Source: an uncultured bacterium (GTDB lineage: Bacteria > Verrucomicrobiota > Verrucomicrobiia > Limisphaerales > UBA8199). Taken from it: 64,000 nucleotides of DNA. The position numbers and the translations under genes were made by a program. The notes under the pieces were generated by a model that saw nothing but the letters and a program-made list of their open reading frames with translations, was not told the origin of the DNA and did not search any database. Location of the stretch: NCBI GenBank assembly GCA_963749495.1, contig CAVVMW010000023.1, positions 672,001 to 736,000 of the forward strand, read 5' to 3'. Below, piece after piece: positions 60,835-64,000 of this stretch (positions are counted from its first letter, which is position 1; every line of letters starts with the position of its first letter).

Positions 60835-61320
60835 ATGAAAGCGAACACCACCCTCGGAATTCTCGTAATCGGCCTTGCGCTGAGCGTTTCGGCCGACAAC
60901 TCCCACAACCCGGTCGTGAAGGAATTCGTCGTGCATCCCCCCTCAAAGCCGGGTGCGCCGCAAGCAATCACCTCGAAGGAGGCGAACCCAAACCAGAACC
61001 GGCCAATCCCCTCCATTTGGTCCGGCGGGGCTTTGGCCGTTCCCAAAGACATCAACCTCGACTACGAACCCGGAAAACCCGGCTATACGGTGGTCTATTC
61101 GGTGACCAACAAGACCGACACGATCACCAGGATCGTTGGTTACATGTCCTCCTGCCAATGCACCCAAGTTGGGATAACTGACCAGACTGTTCCCCCGAAG
61201 GGAACGGTCAAGGTCCGGGCGACTGTCACGCAAAACCGACCGACCGTCCAGTACGTCGTTCTGCAGGACGAACGGACCAACCTCTACCAGACGGTCATCT
61301 GGATCAAACCGAAAAAGTAA
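60835..61320 (+). CDS. Secreted protein with a DUF1573-like Ig domain
   Basis: Signal peptide; YSVTNKTD..RIVGYMSSCQCT...VPPKGTVKVRAT matches the N..I....SCxCT...P pattern. Confidence 0.7.
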   Translation: MKANTTLGILVIGLALSVSADNSHNPVVKEFVVHPPSKPGAPQAITSKEANPNQNRPIPSIWSGGALAVPKDINLDYEPGKPGYTVVYSVTNKTDTITRIVGYMSSCQCTQVGITDQTVPPKGTVKVRATVTQNRPTVQYVVLQDERTNLYQTVIWIKPKK

Positions 61321-61324
61321 GCCG

Positions 61325-61873
61325 ATGAAAGCAAACCAACTCACCCTCCTGCTCGGCGCGATACTGTGCGCGGTCTTTGTCCCGGCACAGGCCGACGATT
61401 TCAAACCGCTGCCGAAAGTATCGCCATTCGCTCAGGCGGAGCGCCAATCGGACGTTGCACATCCGCTTGGCCGAACGCCTTCCAATCCGCGCATCACCGT
61501 GGGCAGCCCGCCGCAGGAACCGAAAGAGAAATTCATTCCGCTGGCTAACCTCGCTCTCAGCGTGCCGGGCATGATGGGTGGCAGTCCTCATCAGCTTCCC
61601 TCAAGGGATGCCGACAAACTCCAGGCGGCAATCGAGCAATGGCAAACCTATATGACGAACCAGGCGGCCATCATACAATTTCAACAACTGCAAACGGTCA
61701 TCCGCCTGGCCAACCAGCAAACGAGCGTTCGCACCAAGGTCGAAGCGGCCCGCAAGGAGGTGCAGGACTACATCCGGCTCCACAGCCCCGAACTAATGCC
61801 CCTGTTCGAGAAGATGAACGGGGCCAGGGTTCTCGAACGCAAGAACGGCCAGCTCACCGAGGCTGTGTTCTGA
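61325..61873 (+). CDS. Secreted hypothetical protein with a helical C-terminus
   Basis: Signal peptide ending AQA; 4-nt gap from the previous gene. Confidence 0.7.
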   Translation: MKANQLTLLLGAILCAVFVPAQADDFKPLPKVSPFAQAERQSDVAHPLGRTPSNPRITVGSPPQEPKEKFIPLANLALSVPGMMGGSPHQLPSRDADKLQAAIEQWQTYMTNQAAIIQFQQLQTVIRLANQQTSVRTKVEAARKEVQDYIRLHSPELMPLFEKMNGARVLERKNGQLTEAVF

Positions 61874-61895
61874 AAGTCGCTCAACCTGTGACCGT

Positions 61896-62837
61896 ATGTT
61901 CGATTACGTTCTGGCCCTGCTGACCACCTTGCTGCCCATCCGGGGAAGTCAGGTGATGGAACTGGATTACCGCACCTTGGTCTTCGGAGGGGCGCCGTCC
62001 GCGGCCCTCTTCAGCTATCATGCCAACAACCCGATTAGAAGCCCAATCCAAGCCACGAACTTCGCCGTGCTCTGCGCGACGTTCGATTGGGACGCGACGC
62101 GCTATGTCCCCGCACCCGAATCGCCCGATGAGCTGCGCCTCTATACTTCCTACTACCTGTCCGTCCCAACCGGGGCTAATGGGCTTAAATTCATGCGCCA
62201 CCATGCGCAGTGCTGGCAAACAAACTGGCTGGCCTCGGCCGTCGAAGAAGACCTCTTGAAGCGCCTTACCGTCGATTCGCGGGCCGACGCCGGCGTCCTG
62301 ATCGACAAGCTCATCGCCAAGCCCGAGAACGCGACGTTCGTGCGCTGGTCCAACTGGCACGAACTCATGAAGCAGAGACGGAAGTCAGAAGCCTTCGGCT
62401 ATGCGATCCGTCATGACCTCAAGACCGGTATCAGCTTCTCATCCCGGTTCCCCTGCCTTCCATTCGACTTCGAACAACCCCCGATCTACGTGCTCTGGCC
62501 GTCGCCGGTGAGGACGGAACTTTATCAATACTGCTTCTCCGCCCAAACCTGGGCGCTTCGGATCGTCCCCGCACCGCCGAAGGCCACCTTCGTCCCGTCA
62601 TCCTGGGAGAAACCCAAAAGCAACCATTATGAACGCAGCTGGAAGCGCGGCCCCTCGTGGCAGGTGACTTATGCCCAGAAGGACAACGTCCTGACGCGGA
62701 CAGCAACCCGAGTAAACGCCGACAGCTACGTCGTCGGAACGATTTCGACCAACGGCTTTTCGGAATCAATTGTCGAGGCATCAGTTCCCCCGAAAGGGTA
62801 TGTGGTCAAGGCGCCATTTTATGTCGAAGTCGAATAG
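61896..62837 (+). CDS. Hypothetical protein, probably exported
   Basis: 313-aa ORF in the operon with a hydrophobic N-terminus. Confidence 0.65.
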   Translation: MFDYVLALLTTLLPIRGSQVMELDYRTLVFGGAPSAALFSYHANNPIRSPIQATNFAVLCATFDWDATRYVPAPESPDELRLYTSYYLSVPTGANGLKFMRHHAQCWQTNWLASAVEEDLLKRLTVDSRADAGVLIDKLIAKPENATFVRWSNWHELMKQRRKSEAFGYAIRHDLKTGISFSSRFPCLPFDFEQPPIYVLWPSPVRTELYQYCFSAQTWALRIVPAPPKATFVPSSWEKPKSNHYERSWKRGPSWQVTYAQKDNVLTRTATRVNADSYVVGTISTNGFSESIVEASVPPKGYVVKAPFYVEVE

Positions 62838-62876
62838 ACTCCAAGCAAGAGCATCGGCGGGCAACTTTGGGGCGCT

Positions 62877-64000
62877 TCACCCGGGAAGGCCCGGTTGCGC
62901 CCATCCAGTGAATCGGTCCACTATTTTTGTGCAGCGGCTTTGAATCAGCGCCGCGACGGGCTTTGCAGCGGGGAGTTCCGCGATTAGGTCAGGCGCTTTT
63001 GACAGAACGATTTCCGCCAGTTCCCGCACGCGCCGTTTTACCATTGGCTTGGCAAGGCCAGCTTCTTCCGCCAATTGTTCAAAATCTTTCGGGAGCACCT
63101 TTTCAGAGGCATATTCACCCCCGATTTTCATCGCCATCTTTTTCGAGAGTTCCGGGTAATAAGCCGTGCTGAGAACATCGTAAAGCGGCGCCAACCGTGT
63201 TTCGCGGCCGTAAACCAGCGAGAAATTCTTTCCGTGAGCATCGTGATTTCCGATCAGAAAATTGAAAATGACCGCGTCCAGTAAGCGCTGGAGGTCGATG
63301 ACCGGCGCGCTGGACAATTCGCGCAGCAACGCAAAGCACTGCTTGAGCGAAGGCCCGCCTTCGCTCTGATATTTGTTGTCAGGGACAATTCCCAGCGCCT
63401 GGCAAAAATCCTCCTGATGCTCCCGTTCCAGATGTTCAGAACCGTCCCGCGGATCCTCCGAGAGCGTGCGGTCGTAACGCTCGACGAGGAGGTAATCAAT
63501 GGTCTCCACTTTGCCGACTTCCGCCTTGGCAACGTGCAGGCCCATCGCGCGCGCCAATTTCATACAAAGCGCTTCGTTGAAGACAATCCCCTCGAACCGC
63601 TCGATGGCTGGCTTCAAAATGTGCGTGCTAGGCGCTCCGCCAAGAGGCAGCGAAATCTGATTGTTCGCAACATGCACCGCGATTTTGTCCTGGGCGCCAG
63701 CCAACGAAAGGCGGATGCCATCCACTCCGGCCATCAACGGACGACGCGGCAACTGCCGCAAAATCTCCGCCAATTGCTCGTCGCTCAACTGCCGGTAGCC
63801 ATAGTTGCGCTCCGGCAGGCCTTCGCCGGCAGGGATGAACACCACCGCGCCGGCGCACTCCCCGCCGATTTTTTCCAACATGGCGAAATCGTTCCGGGCG
63901 CTGATCCCGAGATTCTTGGCGATGATCTCACGCTGGGTTTGTTCTGGCAGGACGCCGGCAAAAAATCCCCGGCATTCATTGCGGTTGAATAGCTCTTTTC
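62877..64000 (-). CDS. hipA: HipA-family Ser/Thr kinase toxin (5' end outside the window)
   Basis: SLAGAQDK, HILKP, LLVERYDR, HQEDFCQALG, GNHDAHGKNFSL, LAPLYD; frame open to the window edge. Confidence 0.93.
   Translation of the reverse strand, partial: KELFNRNECRGFFAGVLPEQTQREIIAKNLGISARNDFAMLEKIGGECAGAVVFIPAGEGLPERNYGYRQLSDEQLAEILRQLPRRPLMAGVDGIRLSLAGAQDKIAVHVANNQISLPLGGAPSTHILKPAIERFEGIVFNEALCMKLARAMGLHVAKAEVGKVETIDYLLVERYDRTLSEDPRDGSEHLEREHQEDFCQALGIVPDNKYQSEGGPSLKQCFALLRELSSAPVIDLQRLLDAVIFNFLIGNHDAHGKNFSLVYGRETRLAPLYDVLSTAYYPELSKKMAMKIGGEYASEKVLPKDFEQLAEEAGLAKPMVKRRVRELAEIVLSKAPDLIAELPAAKPVAALIQSRCTKIVDRFTGWAQPGLPG

Overview
GC-rich bacterial DNA, most likely Verrucomicrobiota (Pedosphaera/Limisphaera-like). 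This is inferred from protein style, not from a marker gene. Many otherwise intact genes are split by single-base frameshifts (methyltransferase, M36 protease, TPR protein, amtB, S53 protease, the giant proteins), which suggests consensus errors in a long-read assembly. Bases 1-28.5 kb are chromosomal: membrane protein, exosortase/EpsI remnant, radical SAM, methyltransferase, polyprenyl synthase, a 14-repeat RCC1 protein, M36 and S53 secreted proteases, TPR, Ycf46-like AAA ATPase, porin remnant, POT transporter, TIM-barrel epimerase, amtB-glnK and a two-component system. These are interspersed with 7-8 bp tandem repeats, palindromes and orphan toxin-antitoxin genes. Bases 28.9-64 kb look like an accessory island: a Y1/RAYT transposase remnant, a 7x Zn-ribbon PD-(D/E)xK nuclease, a methylase remnant, an IS1380-family element, about 28 kb of co-oriented giant secreted repeat proteins (about 5500, 2170 and 1120 aa when joined) with small secreted partners, and hipA. 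The top findings are (1) an identical 20-bp perfect palindrome inserted twice at GG^C in the IS1380 transposase, whose exact removal restores a 455-aa ORF; (2) the giant modular surface-protein cluster with a ~1-kb super-repeat; (3) the Zn-ribbon array nuclease; (4) heptamer repeat arrays inside genes, one flanked by an 18-bp duplication; (5) a C-terminal domain shared by unrelated secreted proteins.
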